Shown: positions 1 to 10,700, counted from the first letter of the whole stretch. The stretch is DNA of 59,995 nt, filler included, from 9 parts of 9 records of this genome joined end to end with filler, not necessarily neighbours in it, one strand, 5' to 3'. The notes: a model not told the origin generated them from the sequence alone. Numbers and translations: made by a program.

Positions 1-1
1 A

Positions 2-226
2 ATTGTAAGGAAAGTTGACGAACTTGGAAGAGTAGTTATACCTATCGAGCTACGCAGAACATTGGGTATTGAACTTAAGAATCCACTGGAGATTTATGTT
101 GAGGGAGAACATATTATTTTTAAAAAATATGAACCAGCATGTATCTTCTGTGGCTATGCACGCGATTTAGTTAATTATAAAGGAAAGAACGTTTGTGCAG
201 AGTGTGCAGAAAAACTAAGCAGGTAG
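2..226 (+). CDS. abrB: AbrB-family transition-state regulator (5'-truncated)
   Basis: Manual translation (absent from ORF track): IVRKVDELGRVVIPIELRRTLGI...KKYEPACIFCG...NVCAECAEKLSR*. This is the canonical AbrB N-domain plus a C-terminal Cys4 domain. Confidence 0.93.
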   Translation: MVRKVDELGRVVIPIELRRTLGIELKNPLEIYVEGEHIIFKKYEPACIFCGYARDLVNYKGKNVCAECAEKLSR

Positions 227-251
227 GACACAGAACAACAATAAAAATATT

Positions 252-280
252 AAGGACTGGTACAGCCAGTCCTTCTTTTT
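252..280 (+). terminator. Intrinsic terminator after abrB
   Basis: AAGGACTGG-TACAG-CCAGTCCTT stem-loop followed by CTTTTT, between convergent genes. Confidence 0.8.
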
Positions 281-376
281 GTGGATTTAGCCAGTAGAGC
301 ATGCGAATGCGTGAAATATAAACCACCCGTAAATAATGAACTGACTTTTAATTTCTACACACTTTTTTACAATCTA

Positions 377-1129
377 TCATATCTTCTTTATATTGCTAAG
401 CCTCTCGCTTTTAATTTGTTCATGAATAGCACGAACTCGAGTTTCATTTTTATCCACTGTATATTGAGTGCCTGTTTTTATTATTACATCTTTTTCTTTT
501 AAGTTGTTAGGCATTTCAATTTTATCAATATTAATTACCTTACCGAAAGTATTTTCGCATATTACTTTATCTTCATCGATTTTATTTACTAGCAACTGTC
601 CGCCGAAAAGAGGGAATTCCTCTATTTCTTCATATATTATTTTCGTCAATTTTAGTTTTTTGTTAATAAGTTTTATAGAGCCTACATTGATTGGAATTTG
701 CGGTGTGCGTATATATGGTAATTGTTTATAAGCTACTTTTTTAGCTAGCTCAATATTTGGCAGGTCAATTTTGCCGTCTCTTTCAATTTGTCGTGTATAT
801 AACGTGTTTTCAATATTGTGATACAAACTGTAGAGCTTGTTTGTTAAACCTCTAAGTGTATATGCCAAAGATGATTTTTTTCTTGGATCTGAAAGAGCGA
901 GTTCATGGCAGTAAAGCGTAAAAGGATCACTTTTACCAGCAATACTGTGTAAAGCAGATTTAACTTGCTTTAATCTAAAACTATCAACATTGCTTATATC
1001 TCTAATGGTTATCCAAAATTGATCCTTTGATGCATACTTGCCTTTAAAATCATCATATAGATCATTTGCAATATCATCTAAACGCTCTTTAAGTTTTTCC
1101 GGTAAAGGTATTACAATTTTTAAGTTCAT
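377..1129 (-). CDS. 2'-5' RNA ligase/2H-phosphoesterase-like domain (HxT motifs degenerate) fused to a DUF3006-like C-terminal domain
   Basis: ThpR-like layout, with FWITIRD and LPNIELAK at the two expected HxT positions. The C-terminus LLVNKIDEDKVICEN...EMPNNLKEKDVI...VDKNETRVR resembles DUF3006. Confidence 0.65.
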   Translation of the reverse strand: MNLKIVIPLPEKLKERLDDIANDLYDDFKGKYASKDQFWITIRDISNVDSFRLKQVKSALHSIAGKSDPFTLYCHELALSDPRKKSSLAYTLRGLTNKLYSLYHNIENTLYTRQIERDGKIDLPNIELAKKVAYKQLPYIRTPQIPINVGSIKLINKKLKLTKIIYEEIEEFPLFGGQLLVNKIDEDKVICENTFGKVINIDKIEMPNNLKEKDVIIKTGTQYTVDKNETRVRAIHEQIKSERLSNIKKI

Positions 1130-1133
1130 TTAA

Positions 1134-1823
1134 TTAATTTCTCCTACTGCCTCGTGCAATCAATAGAATTCGTATTAACTGCATTAATGCCACAAAGGCA
1201 GCTGCTAAATATGTCATAGCTGCTGCAGAGAGCACTTTTTTTGATCCTTTTAGTTCATCCTCGTTTAAATAACGGCGTTCGTCTAGAATGTTAATTGCTC
1301 TGCTTGATGCGTTAAACTCAACTGGTAGTGTTATTAACTGAAAGATAACTGCAAGGCTGTAAGCTAGTACTCCTAAAAAGGCAAGCTGAGGAATTGAAAA
1401 AATCAAGCCTAAAATAAGCAGTGGCATAGCAGCTTTTGAGCCAATACTGGTTACTGGAATAATAGTATTTCTTATTTTTATTGGTACATATTCTTCGCTG
1501 TACTGTATTGCGTGACCAACTTCATGGGATGCAATTCCAATAGCAGCCAAAGATGATGAATAGTATACCCCTTCTGACAGGCGAACAACATTAGACCTTG
1601 GATCAAAGTGGTCACTTAGACCTTTTTGTGGAGAAAGTTCTATTCCTACATGATGAAGTCCATTATCATCTAATATTTTTCTTGCAATCTGCGCACCTGT
1701 ATATCCTTGTGCTGATTTAATTTTTGAATATTTAGCATATGTGTTTTTAACTTTTGATTGTGCCCAAAGCGTAGCAATTATTGCCGGAATTAATAAAAGA
1801 TAAGTCCAGTCATAGAGAATCAT
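1134..1823 (-). CDS. YugP-family membrane zinc metallopeptidase
   Basis: Motifs LSDHFDP, ASHEVGHAIQ (HExxH), TLPVEFNASSRA and AAAMTY, plus hydrophobic segments. Confidence 0.92.
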   Translation of the reverse strand: MILYDWTYLLLIPAIIATLWAQSKVKNTYAKYSKIKSAQGYTGAQIARKILDDNGLHHVGIELSPQKGLSDHFDPRSNVVRLSEGVYYSSSLAAIGIASHEVGHAIQYSEEYVPIKIRNTIIPVTSIGSKAAMPLLILGLIFSIPQLAFLGVLAYSLAVIFQLITLPVEFNASSRAINILDERRYLNEDELKGSKKVLSAAAMTYLAAAFVALMQLIRILLIARGSRRN

Positions 1824-1832
1824 TTTACACTC

Positions 1833-2507
1833 CTATTTTCTAAATAATTTTCTGTAAGTAGTATAAAGCTTCGTTTTCATCAATGCTATTGTTGAAGCTT
1901 TCTTACATACAAGTTCTGACTCTGATAGTGCATCATAAAAGCCGGCTGAATTTAGTTTTGCACCTAATGGCAGTTTAATATATGTTTGTCCTAATTCCTG
2001 TTTTGTATGAGCATCTGAACCGCATGCAGGTAAGGTGTTGGGTGAAAGTAAGTTTATTGCTGATTTATTATCTTCCTGATGTATAGTACGAGAATTAAAT
2101 ATCTCTATGATATCGCATCTTTTTAATGCGAGAGATAAGTTTTCTGGAGACAGTCTGATTTGGCGTGCTGTATCTAATGGATGAGGGATATACACAAGAC
2201 CATCTTGAACCAAAATAGCATCAATAGTCCAATTAAGATCCCTGCCGCCAGGTATATTTTCTTTTAAGAATAATCCAGTTATTACACCTTGTTTTGTAAT
2301 AATTTGGCTGCCTACCACAATTCTTTCTGGGTACTTTTTATGAAGAATCAAAGCCCCCTCAATACAGTTGATGTCCGTTATAGCTAGACCGAAGTCCAAA
2401 TTCTTTCTTAAAAAATCCTCAATGTTTTTAAGAGAAATTAGGCTCCCGTAAGTGTAGCATGTGTGAACATGCATGTCTAGTTTGGTAAAATCGCCTTTAT
2501 ATATCAT
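1833..2507 (-). CDS. PHP-domain phosphoesterase
   Basis: Motifs DMHVHT, AITD, IPHP, IEIFNSR and GSDAH. Confidence 0.85.
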   Translation of the reverse strand: MIYKGDFTKLDMHVHTCYTYGSLISLKNIEDFLRKNLDFGLAITDINCIEGALILHKKYPERIVVGSQIITKQGVITGLFLKENIPGGRDLNWTIDAILVQDGLVYIPHPLDTARQIRLSPENLSLALKRCDIIEIFNSRTIHQEDNKSAINLLSPNTLPACGSDAHTKQELGQTYIKLPLGAKLNSAGFYDALSESELVCKKASTIALMKTKLYTTYRKLFRK

Positions 2508-2572
2508 TTATAAATCCTTGCTTTATAGCTTTTATCATATTTTAACCTAAAAGCTAAAATAAGATTAATGAA

Positions 2573-3148
2573 TTAAGTTAGTTCTTCATATTCATCATGT
2601 TCAATAACTTTAAAGTCTTCAAAAGGCCATAGTACTGCATAGGCCTTACCTTTTATCATATCTCTTGGTAATGCGCCGACGCTCATACTCCTTGAATCTT
2701 TGCTGTTGTTTCTATTATCACCCATTACAAAATAGCAATCTTCTGGTATTGTAGTTTCGCTGTAATCAGAATACATTTCTTCCTTTATATAAGGCTCATC
2801 TACAATTATTTCATTTATATATAATATACCGTTTTCAATTTTAATTGTATCTCCAGGCAAAGCTATAATTCTCTTTACAAAGTTTTCCCTGCTTCCTGGG
2901 TATTTTGTTATTACAATATCTCCCCGTTCTATGTTTTCATCGTTCCAGTAAGGAATCTTAGTCACTAATACTCTTTGATCTGTAAATAAGGTTGGCTGCA
3001 TTGATGCTCCATCAACACGCACTAGCTGCCCTATATAGTTATGTATTACTAAAACCAATGCAACAGCAACAATAATGGAAACGATCCATTCCATAATCTC
3101 TTTTGCAATAGCTTTGTCGTCAAATTTTTTCTGTTCTTGTTTTAACAT
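2573..3148 (-). CDS. lepB: Signal peptidase I
   Basis: N-terminal TM, catalytic GASMQPT (Ser), FVKRII (Lys) and GDNRNNSKDSR. Confidence 0.95.
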   Translation of the reverse strand: MLKQEQKKFDDKAIAKEIMEWIVSIIVAVALVLVIHNYIGQLVRVDGASMQPTLFTDQRVLVTKIPYWNDENIERGDIVITKYPGSRENFVKRIIALPGDTIKIENGILYINEIIVDEPYIKEEMYSDYSETTIPEDCYFVMGDNRNNSKDSRSMSVGALPRDMIKGKAYAVLWPFEDFKVIEHDEYEELT

Positions 3149-3168
3149 GGATTCGCCCTTCTTTCAGC

Positions 3169-3360
3169 TTAATCAATAACGCTTTTTAAACTTTTGTTAA
3201 AATCGCGTCTTGTAAGCATTACTACCCTGCCGCAATTCTGTCCTAAACATTTTATTTTTATGTCTGCTCCGACACGTATTATTTTCCATCTATTACAGCC
3301 GCATGGATGAGGCTTTTTCATACTTACAGTATCTCCAAGTTTGTAATTTAAATCTTGCAA
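3169..3360 (-). CDS. DUF951 family protein
   Basis: Signature MKKPHPCG..W.IIRVGADIKIKC..CGR.VML.R. Confidence 0.9.
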   Translation of the reverse strand: MQDLNYKLGDTVSMKKPHPCGCNRWKIIRVGADIKIKCLGQNCGRVVMLTRRDFNKSLKSVID

Positions 3361-3451
3361 AAAAGTCCCTCCATTAAAATATACATTCTAAATTATAGCA
3401 CACTATTAATTAGTGTTCAATTAGCTAGATGAAACAAGTAGATGGTATGTT

Positions 3452-4333
3452 CTATAAGTCTTCTTCATTGGATGTTTCTAATTGTTTAATTTGGGTTATT
3501 AGCACCTTATTTTGCATATATTCCATTATTTGCTCGGCTCTTATTTCATAGGTCATATGACCTACATTTTTGATAGTTTCCAAAGATGAATGCTTGATAC
3601 TTTCTAGCAGCCTTTCACTCATAGAAATTGGATGTGCATTATCGTATTCTCCCCAGATCAGCAAAACAGGGCAGTTAATTAAATATAAATGAGAATAAAC
3701 TGCACTATCATTATAATCTCTTAAAAGATATAAAAACCAGTTTCTTGTAGCTCTGCGTTCAAAGGGCTCATATGTCTGCCTTTCTATAGATGGCGTTATT
3801 TTAGTTTTATTAAAGTATATCCATCTTAAAAACTTGTAGATTCTGCGTCTATTTAAAAAGTTTACAAGTACCTCTCCAAGCATAGGTGATATTAGCCGTT
3901 TGTAATAAAACGGATATTGGTTGGTCATAGAGCCAGGTGAGCATAATGTAAGGCTTTTTACTCTGTCAGGATATAATTGCGAAATACACATTGAATATGT
4001 AGCACCCTCTGCAGCACCGAAAAAATGAGCAGAGTCTATTTTCAAAACCTTCATAAACTCACATATAACATCAGCCATGTGCTCGATTGCAAACTTTTGC
4101 CTTTGATCCATCGTGGAATAACCACAGCCAGGTAAGTCAACGGCGATTACGCCATAGCCTTTAGAGGTAAGCTGATCATATATATTACGCATTGAAAACA
4201 TAGAAAAGCCTAACCCATGCAGCAAAATAACACAATCATTTCCCTCATGCTCAATGTAATGAATTTTATTATCTAGTATTTGTACGTTTTTCCCTACTTT
4301 AGGGGAATTAACCCAAAAGGATTTTACGCTCAT
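3452..4333 (-). CDS. Alpha/beta-hydrolase fold protein (nucleophile elbow GAAEG)
   Basis: Motifs LLHGLG, DLPGCGYS, WGEYD and GH. The expected GxSxG reads GAAEG. Confidence 0.85.
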   Translation of the reverse strand: MSVKSFWVNSPKVGKNVQILDNKIHYIEHEGNDCVILLHGLGFSMFSMRNIYDQLTSKGYGVIAVDLPGCGYSTMDQRQKFAIEHMADVICEFMKVLKIDSAHFFGAAEGATYSMCISQLYPDRVKSLTLCSPGSMTNQYPFYYKRLISPMLGEVLVNFLNRRRIYKFLRWIYFNKTKITPSIERQTYEPFERRATRNWFLYLLRDYNDSAVYSHLYLINCPVLLIWGEYDNAHPISMSERLLESIKHSSLETIKNVGHMTYEIRAEQIMEYMQNKVLITQIKQLETSNEEDL

Positions 4334-4343
4334 CGAAAGCTCC

Positions 4344-5287
4344 TTAGAAGAATTTTACTGGTTTTGGCAATGTAATTTCCTGAAAACTTGCCAAGGCATA
4401 ATTATCCGTCATTCCAGATACATAGTCAATAACTATTTGGTTTGTATCAGCATTTTCTTTTTTATAGAAAGATTCCATAGACCGAAAATATCTTTGAAAA
4501 GATTTTTCCAAAACAAGATTATTATGTTTACCATCAATAATATTTTCATAGTTGTCCCATAGATGATTATATAACGATTTAATTATATTTATGCAATATT
4601 TCTCATTATTAGCTTTATCAATCGATGTATATATATTCTTGTAGTTAAAATCTTTTATAGCAACCATTAGCTCATAGTATCTGTCTGAAAATCCTATTAT
4701 TCCCTCTTTTGCGGTATTTTGTATCAAATCAATTACTAATGTGTTTATAATTTGTCCATTTGATGAACCTAGTTCTTTGGAAATTCTTTCAGGTATATCA
4801 TCTATTGTTATTATTTTAGCTACAAGAGCATCTTCTATATCACGCCCAAAGTATGCTATTTTGTCGGCAAAGCGTACTGCGCAACCCTCCCAGGTAGCGG
4901 GAACTCTATCTGGATCTGTTTTCTTATCTAAATCAATTATGGATGTATTTGGTTCTAGATATTGTTCAAACTTTTCTCCGCAATGGCATAATATACCGTC
5001 CCTTACTGCAAAGGTTAGATTTATGCCGTGTCCATTGTTTGAAAGTTTGTCAACTACTCTTAAGGAATTAATTTCGTGCTCAAACCCATTTTCAGAAAGT
5101 TCATTTATAGCAGTTTCACCAGAATGACCAAAAGGAGAATGGCCTAAATCGTGCCCTATGCCAGCTGCATAAGCTATTTCAGTATCTAGATGCCATCCAA
5201 CGTTATTTAATCCTTTACATATGGTTTCTGCAATTGTCGCTACATGCAATACATGCTCAATCCTCGTGCAAATGTGATCGTTTTGAG
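4344..5287 (-). CDS. dgt: dGTP triphosphohydrolase-like HD protein (5'-truncated)
   Basis: The frame is open to the contig edge (DHICTRIEHVLHV). Motifs GHDLGHSPFGHSGE, FEHE, ADKIAY and DYVSGMTD. Confidence 0.9.
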
Positions 5288-5387
5288 NNNNNNNNNNNNN
5301 NNNNNNNNNNNNNNNNNNNNNNNNNNNNNNNTTAATTAATTAANNNNNNNNNNNNNNNNNNNNNNNNNNNNNNNNNNNNNNNNNNNN
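5288..5387. other. Artificial contig spacer
   Basis: N-run + TTAATTAATTAA (stops in all six frames) + N-run, 100 nt. Identical spacers occur at 12282-12381, 18984-19083, 27075-27174, 33041-33140, 38231-38330, 44847-44946 and 52362-52461. Confidence 0.98.
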
Positions 5388-5580
5388 GAAATTGCTCAGA
5401 CATCCATTCAGTGGCGCGGCTCTCGCTACCAAACACGAGCTTCCCGCAAAAATCGTTCATATTATTGCCACCCATGCAAAAGAAGGTGATTTTGGCTACC
5501 GTTGTCCGGAAGCAATAATTGTCCATCACGCTGATTTTATGAATTTTGAACCTCTGAAAGAATTGCAGCAAACACGTTAA
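5388..5580 (+). CDS. HD-domain phosphohydrolase, C-terminal fragment
   Basis: Pattern LRHPFSG...VHIIATH..EG...EAIIVHHAD. Confidence 0.7.
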
Positions 5581-5676
5581 TGACTTTTGTATAAAATCAT
5601 GATTACAGATCTCATAATGTAACAAAAAGGCCCTGCCATCGTTTAATTATAAACTCATATTAAATCAGGAGTCGAA

Positions 5677-7054
5677 ATGCAATTCCCAGCTGAACCTTTC
5701 AAAATAAAAGTCGTTGAACCCATAAAAAAAACAACGAGACAAGAGCGAGACCAACTCATCCGAAAAGCCGGTTTTAATGTATTCGGTTTACCGGCTGAAA
5801 GTATCTTTGTTGATTTATTAACAGACAGCGGTACATCAGCCATGAGCGATTCCCAATGGGCTGGCATAATGATGGGTGACGAATCCTATGCCGGAAGCCG
5901 TAATTATTATCATTTTGAAGAATCAATTAAAAATATCTTTGGCTTCAAGCACGTTATCCCCACGCATCAGGGACGCTCAGCTGAAAACTTGTTGTTTTCG
6001 GTTAGTGTCGATGAAGGGGATATCATTCCAAACAATATTCACTTTGATACAACCCGTGCGAATATACAACATAAAAAAGGAAAACCTGTTGACCTTGTCA
6101 TAGATGAAGGCCTCGATCCGCATATAGAACATCCCTTCAAGGGAAATATGGACATCAGTAAACTCGAAAACCTCCTAAAGGATGTTGGCCCGGAACGCGT
6201 TCCATTGATATTAATGACGGTAACAAACAATAGTGGTGGCGGTCAGCCTGTCTCCATGGAAAATATTAGAAAAGTCCACCAAGTAGCAAAAAAATATAAC
6301 AGGCCTTTTTTTCCTGGACGCGTGTCGATTTGCTGAAAATTGCTACCTAATAAAAGAAAGAGAACCGGAATTCGCCGACAAATCAATCCTCGACATAGCC
6401 AGGGAAATGTTTTCTTATGCGGATGGTTGCACGATGAGTGCCAAAAAGGATGGTTTGGTCAATATCGGTGGTTTCCTGGCCATGAATGATGACAAACTTG
6501 CCGAACAAGCATCTAATTTGCTGATACTTGTGGAAGGTTTTCCAACATACGGTGGCCTTGCCGGCAGAGATTTGGAAGCTATTGCACGGGGATTACAGGA
6601 AGTGTTAAATGAAGATTACCTGGCCTTCCGCATTGGCCAAATCAGATATCTCGGTGAATTATTAGACTCTGCTGGTGTCCCGATTTTAAAACCGGTTGGC
6701 GGTCATGCGATTTACCTGAATGCGCGAGAATTTTTACCAAATATCCCACAACATCAGTTTCCAGCCCAGGCTCTCACCATTGCATTATATCGGGAAGCAG
6801 GTATTCGGGCCGTCGAAATTGGTGGACTCATGTTTGCGGAAAAGGACCCGGAAACAGGTGAGGAAAAATTTCCGGAACTGGAACTTGTTCGTCTTGCTAT
6901 TCCTCGAAGAGTATACACGTCCATGCATATGAATTATGTCGCCGAGTCTATCAAAAAGATATATCACGATCGTGACTCAATAAAGGGTTTGAAAATCATA
7001 CATCAGGCACCATTATTACGTCATTTTACAGCCCGACTGGAGGAAATTACTTGA
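5677..7054 (+). CDS. tnaA: Tryptophanase (PLP beta-eliminating lyase), split by a frameshift at T7 6306-6312
   Basis: Motifs DLLTDSGT, GDESYAGS, HQGR, MSAKKD (PLP Lys), RLAIPRRVY and LRHFTAR (His as in tryptophanase, where tyrosine phenol-lyase has Phe). Removing one T restores FFLDACRFAEN. Confidence 0.9.
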
Positions 7055-7760
7055 TTAAAGCGTTCTTGTTCGATTTTGACGGCGTTTTGGCTGAAACATT
7101 CCCATCCCATTTCAAGGCCTGGCAACATATATTAAAAGACGTTGGCATACGTCCTGACGAATTAACGGTCCGCCTTCATGAAGGAGTACCTGTCCTGGAA
7201 ATTGCCCAGACGATAGTAAAGCAGGCAGGAATATCTCTTACACAGGAGCAGATCCTGGATTTAACGAATAAAAAGAATACCTACTTTCGTCAACATAATA
7301 GTGCACAGGTTTTCCCCAGGTACACAAGTTAATAAGTAAAGCTAAAGATAAGAATCTTAAAGTTGGACTCGTTACCGGGACAACGCTTGCAAATATTAAG
7401 GCTATTCTTCCGACACATTTGTTGCATCAATTTGATTATATCGTTACAGCAAGTGACACAACTCGAGGTAAACCCTTTCCGGATCCTTACCTTATGGCAG
7501 CAAAAAAACTGGGATTAGAGCCACAACAGTGCCTTGTATTTGAAAATGCACCTCTTGGTATTGAAGCAGCAAAAAAGGCCGGTGCCACATGTGTCGCACT
7601 TTTGACAACACTTTCCAGGGAACATTTACAGAATGCCGACGTTATCTATAGAAATCATGGTGACTTGTTAGATGATATTGAAAACCTTGTAAATAGACTT
7701 GACACAGAATCAGAGAATACTACTTTATTCGACAAGGGCTCTTTATCCAATCTACCTTGA
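7051..7760 (+). CDS. HAD-superfamily phosphatase (beta-PGM-like), frameshift at C-run 7314-7317
   Basis: FDFDGVL motif I, GKPFPDPY and VFENAPLGI. Adding one C joins the two ORFs (VFPQVHKL...VGLVTGT). Confidence 0.88.
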
Positions 7761-7926
7761 TTAATTGTATAACATGCTGTTCATTGTACCCTTGATTACG
7801 AATAATTTCCAGGTTTATCAAATCATATTATAATCCGTAATTCTCATTTTAATGCAAAAAGGATTGGATTCCAATGCTCACAATAGCCATTCCTGTCATG
7901 GAGAGACCCTTAAAAAGCCTTGATTA

Positions 7927-7955
7927 TTGCTTTCTAAATTGATAAATTTTATAAT
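7927..7955 (+). promoter_or_regulatory. Putative sigma70 promoter
   Basis: TTGCTT-17 bp-TATAAT upstream of the 8059 operon. Confidence 0.55.
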
Positions 7956-8002
7956 ATAACAATGAATTCCAGGTTGTATTTGTAAAAGTCTGATAACCAC
8001 TC

Positions 8003-8040
8003 AAAACCGGGTACTGCTTTTGCTTGAACTCGGTTTTTTT
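8003..8040 (+). terminator. Terminator-like hairpin in the 5' leader
   Basis: AAAACCGGGT...ACTCGGTTTT followed by TTT, ending 18 nt before ATG 8059. Confidence 0.45.
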
Positions 8041-8058
8041 ATGTAAAGGGTAAAAAAT

Positions 8059-9237
8059 ATGCGCACTGGCTTTTTTCTTCTTTTCTCTTTATTACTTATC
8101 AACTGCTCAGATCGATCCCTTCCTGAAGGTCCAACATCAAATACCCAGGCTCAGATTAAAGATCATAAAACTCCAGAGTCGTTAAATGCTGGAAAAACAT
8201 ATCTGATATCCGTCTTTGTGGATAACAGGGAATTAGCAAAAGAAGTCGAATATATATCCTTATCGATATTTGAGGAGGGTCAAACATCTCCAGCAAGAAT
8301 CCTGGAGTTATACGATGATGGAGGAGCTGTTTATCCAACAGATGGGGATATTATCGCCTTTGATGGTTATTTTACCAACATACTTGAATGGCAGTCCGAT
8401 GTTGGCGAAGATAAAGATTTTATTTTTCGGTTTGAGGCCATCGCAGCAAATGGCTTGTCCATCGATCCTTTAGAAAAAAACATTGTTTCCCTGCAAAATT
8501 ATCCACCGATAATCATTGAAATCGTAACTCCTGACAGTCTCCCTAGTGGATTCGAAGAAAACATACTGCTTACAGCCACAGTCACTGATTCTAATGGGCT
8601 CGACGATGTTAAAAATGTCATTTTTCGAGGTATACCAGACGACACATCGTTCCCGGAATTTGAAGGCGAATTATATGATAACGGTGAAAATGGTGACGCG
8701 CTCTCTGGCGATGGTATTTATTCCTTAGCCATTGACAAAACATTTGCCATTGCCAGGAAAGGTGAATATGACTTAATTTTTCAGGCGACAGATAAATCAG
8801 AATCTAAAAGCGTTGAAAAAAATACAAGGATTGCCATTATAAATAAAGCACCCCAACTCGACAACCTGGAAGCATTGAGCCAGGTTAAACGCCCTATTGG
8901 TGATTCACAAACTGCGTTTTTGATGAAAATTTCTGTTGATGACCAACAAACGCGTGAGGATATCAATTTTGTCAGAATCTCATGGCAAAAACCGGACGGT
9001 AGTTTTTCTAACAATAGTCCGTTTGATCTCTTTGACAATGGTCTTCCATTTGATCTTCAGCCGGAAAAGTGGAACAATGGCTATCGCGGCGATGAAATAG
9101 CCAACGACGGGATCTATTCTATCACTGGTATTTTTGATTCTGATGACCAGTTGGGTGACTATACTATTACCTTTTATGCCGAAGATTTTGCCGGAAATGA
9201 AAGCGATTCCATAACTCATATAATTACTCTAAAATAG
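8059..9237 (+). CDS. Lipoprotein with three choice-of-anchor-X-like acidic repeats
   Basis: Signal peptide ending LLINC, and three L[YF]D[DN]G...D..[AS].DG.[YF] motifs. Confidence 0.7.
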   Translation: MRTGFFLLFSLLLINCSDRSLPEGPTSNTQAQIKDHKTPESLNAGKTYLISVFVDNRELAKEVEYISLSIFEEGQTSPARILELYDDGGAVYPTDGDIIAFDGYFTNILEWQSDVGEDKDFIFRFEAIAANGLSIDPLEKNIVSLQNYPPIIIEIVTPDSLPSGFEENILLTATVTDSNGLDDVKNVIFRGIPDDTSFPEFEGELYDNGENGDALSGDGIYSLAIDKTFAIARKGEYDLIFQATDKSESKSVEKNTRIAIINKAPQLDNLEALSQVKRPIGDSQTAFLMKISVDDQQTREDINFVRISWQKPDGSFSNNSPFDLFDNGLPFDLQPEKWNNGYRGDEIANDGIYSITGIFDSDDQLGDYTITFYAEDFAGNESDSITHIITLK

Positions 9238-9249
9238 TACGGACTATAC

Positions 9250-10683
9250 ATGAAAAACTTTTTCTTAACATTAATCTTAATGATATGGGGCTGTTCAGTT
9301 CTTACTGCAAAACCAGTTCAGACCTTTTCAACTGAGCAAACAACAACCACACCCGGACTTGCAGGTAATGGGGTGACAGATATTGTCTCCTCCAACGATG
9401 TCTTGTGGTTTGGCACTGGGCATGGATTAAGCCGAACTATGGATAACGGACTCTCCTTTGAGACGTTTGAACCGTCTGATGGTTTGGGACAGGGAAGTAT
9501 TTCAGCTATATGGGCCAGTGGAGATACCATCTGGGTCGCCACAGCCAGTGACACCCTTACACAAACATCAGATGATCTTTTACCCTACGGTACTGGTTTG
9601 AGTGTAAGCACAGATGGCGGTACAACGTGGGAGCATTTTGAGCAGCCAGGCACAACGCCGGTACAGAACCTCAGCTATGACATAACCGTACTGGACAATG
9701 TTGTGTGGATAGCAAGTTTTGGTGGGGGCATTCAACGCTCGGATGATTGGGGGCAAACCTGGCAGGTCGCCCAACCAGACACGTTTCTGTTTGATCCGGG
9801 AACAAAATATAATCATCGCGGATTTTCTGTTATCAACGCTGACGGTGAATTATGGGTAGGTACAGCCGGAGGTGTTAACAAATCTACCGATAATGGAAAC
9901 ACCTGGGTCAATTTTAACCACAACAATCAAAACGAACCTATATCCGGAGATTTTGTGGTAGCCCTTTCCTTTCAAAAATGGCAGGAAAAAAACATTATTT
10001 GGGCTGCAACCTGGGAAACAGATATCGACAATGGATTTTATGCTGTCTCTAAAAGTGAAAATGGCGGTCAATCCTGGGAAACAACTCTGGAAGGTATCAA
10101 AGCGCATAATTTTGCTGTTGAAGACTCTGTTATTTACGTCGCATCGGAAACCGGGCTCTATAAATCCATCGACTTTGGTCAAAACTGGTATCTTTTTTCC
10201 TCTATCGAAGATTATCAAACCGGTGAAAGGGTCCTTACAGAAGACATATTTTCAGCCCATGCCCAAAACGGAACGTTGTGGGCAGGAACGGCTGATGGTC
10301 TGGCCAGAACATCAGATAATGGTTTTACATGGAACATTATCCGCGCTTTCCGTTCAACAGGTCAGGGAAATGAACCCAGAACTTATGCCTATCCAAATCC
10401 ATTCTCACCTCTTCGCCAAAATAAAATCGGTGATGATGGTTATGTCAGGTTTCAATATAACACAACCAGAGCCGCAAACGTGACTATTAAAGTCTTTGAT
10501 TTTGCTATGGATCTGGTGAAAACAATTGTCGAAAACACATCCAAACCCGGGCCAGGGGATTATGCAAGACTATGGGATGGACGTAACGAGTTTGGTGATT
10601 CAGTCGCAAATGGCGTATATTTCTACAGTGTGGATATCGACGGAGATGGTACCTATTGGGGTAAAGTAATGATTGTCAATTAA
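9250..10683 (+). CDS. Secreted BNR/Asp-box beta-propeller with C-terminal FlgD-Ig/T9SS-type sorting domain
   Basis: Signal peptide, repeated S.D.G.[TS]W boxes, and C-terminal YPNPF...WDGRN..G..VANGVYFY. Confidence 0.8.
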   Translation: MKNFFLTLILMIWGCSVLTAKPVQTFSTEQTTTTPGLAGNGVTDIVSSNDVLWFGTGHGLSRTMDNGLSFETFEPSDGLGQGSISAIWASGDTIWVATASDTLTQTSDDLLPYGTGLSVSTDGGTTWEHFEQPGTTPVQNLSYDITVLDNVVWIASFGGGIQRSDDWGQTWQVAQPDTFLFDPGTKYNHRGFSVINADGELWVGTAGGVNKSTDNGNTWVNFNHNNQNEPISGDFVVALSFQKWQEKNIIWAATWETDIDNGFYAVSKSENGGQSWETTLEGIKAHNFAVEDSVIYVASETGLYKSIDFGQNWYLFSSIEDYQTGERVLTEDIFSAHAQNGTLWAGTADGLARTSDNGFTWNIIRAFRSTGQGNEPRTYAYPNPFSPLRQNKIGDDGYVRFQYNTTRAANVTIKVFDFAMDLVKTIVENTSKPGPGDYARLWDGRNEFGDSVANGVYFYSVDIDGDGTYWGKVMIVN

Positions 10684-10700
10684 TAAAGGATTAATCTGGA

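Noticed and set aside
281-731. Short plus-strand ORFs 281-502 and 468-731, and similar short antisense ORFs throughout the track
   Set aside because: They overlap well-supported genes on the opposite strand or in another frame and carry no motifs.
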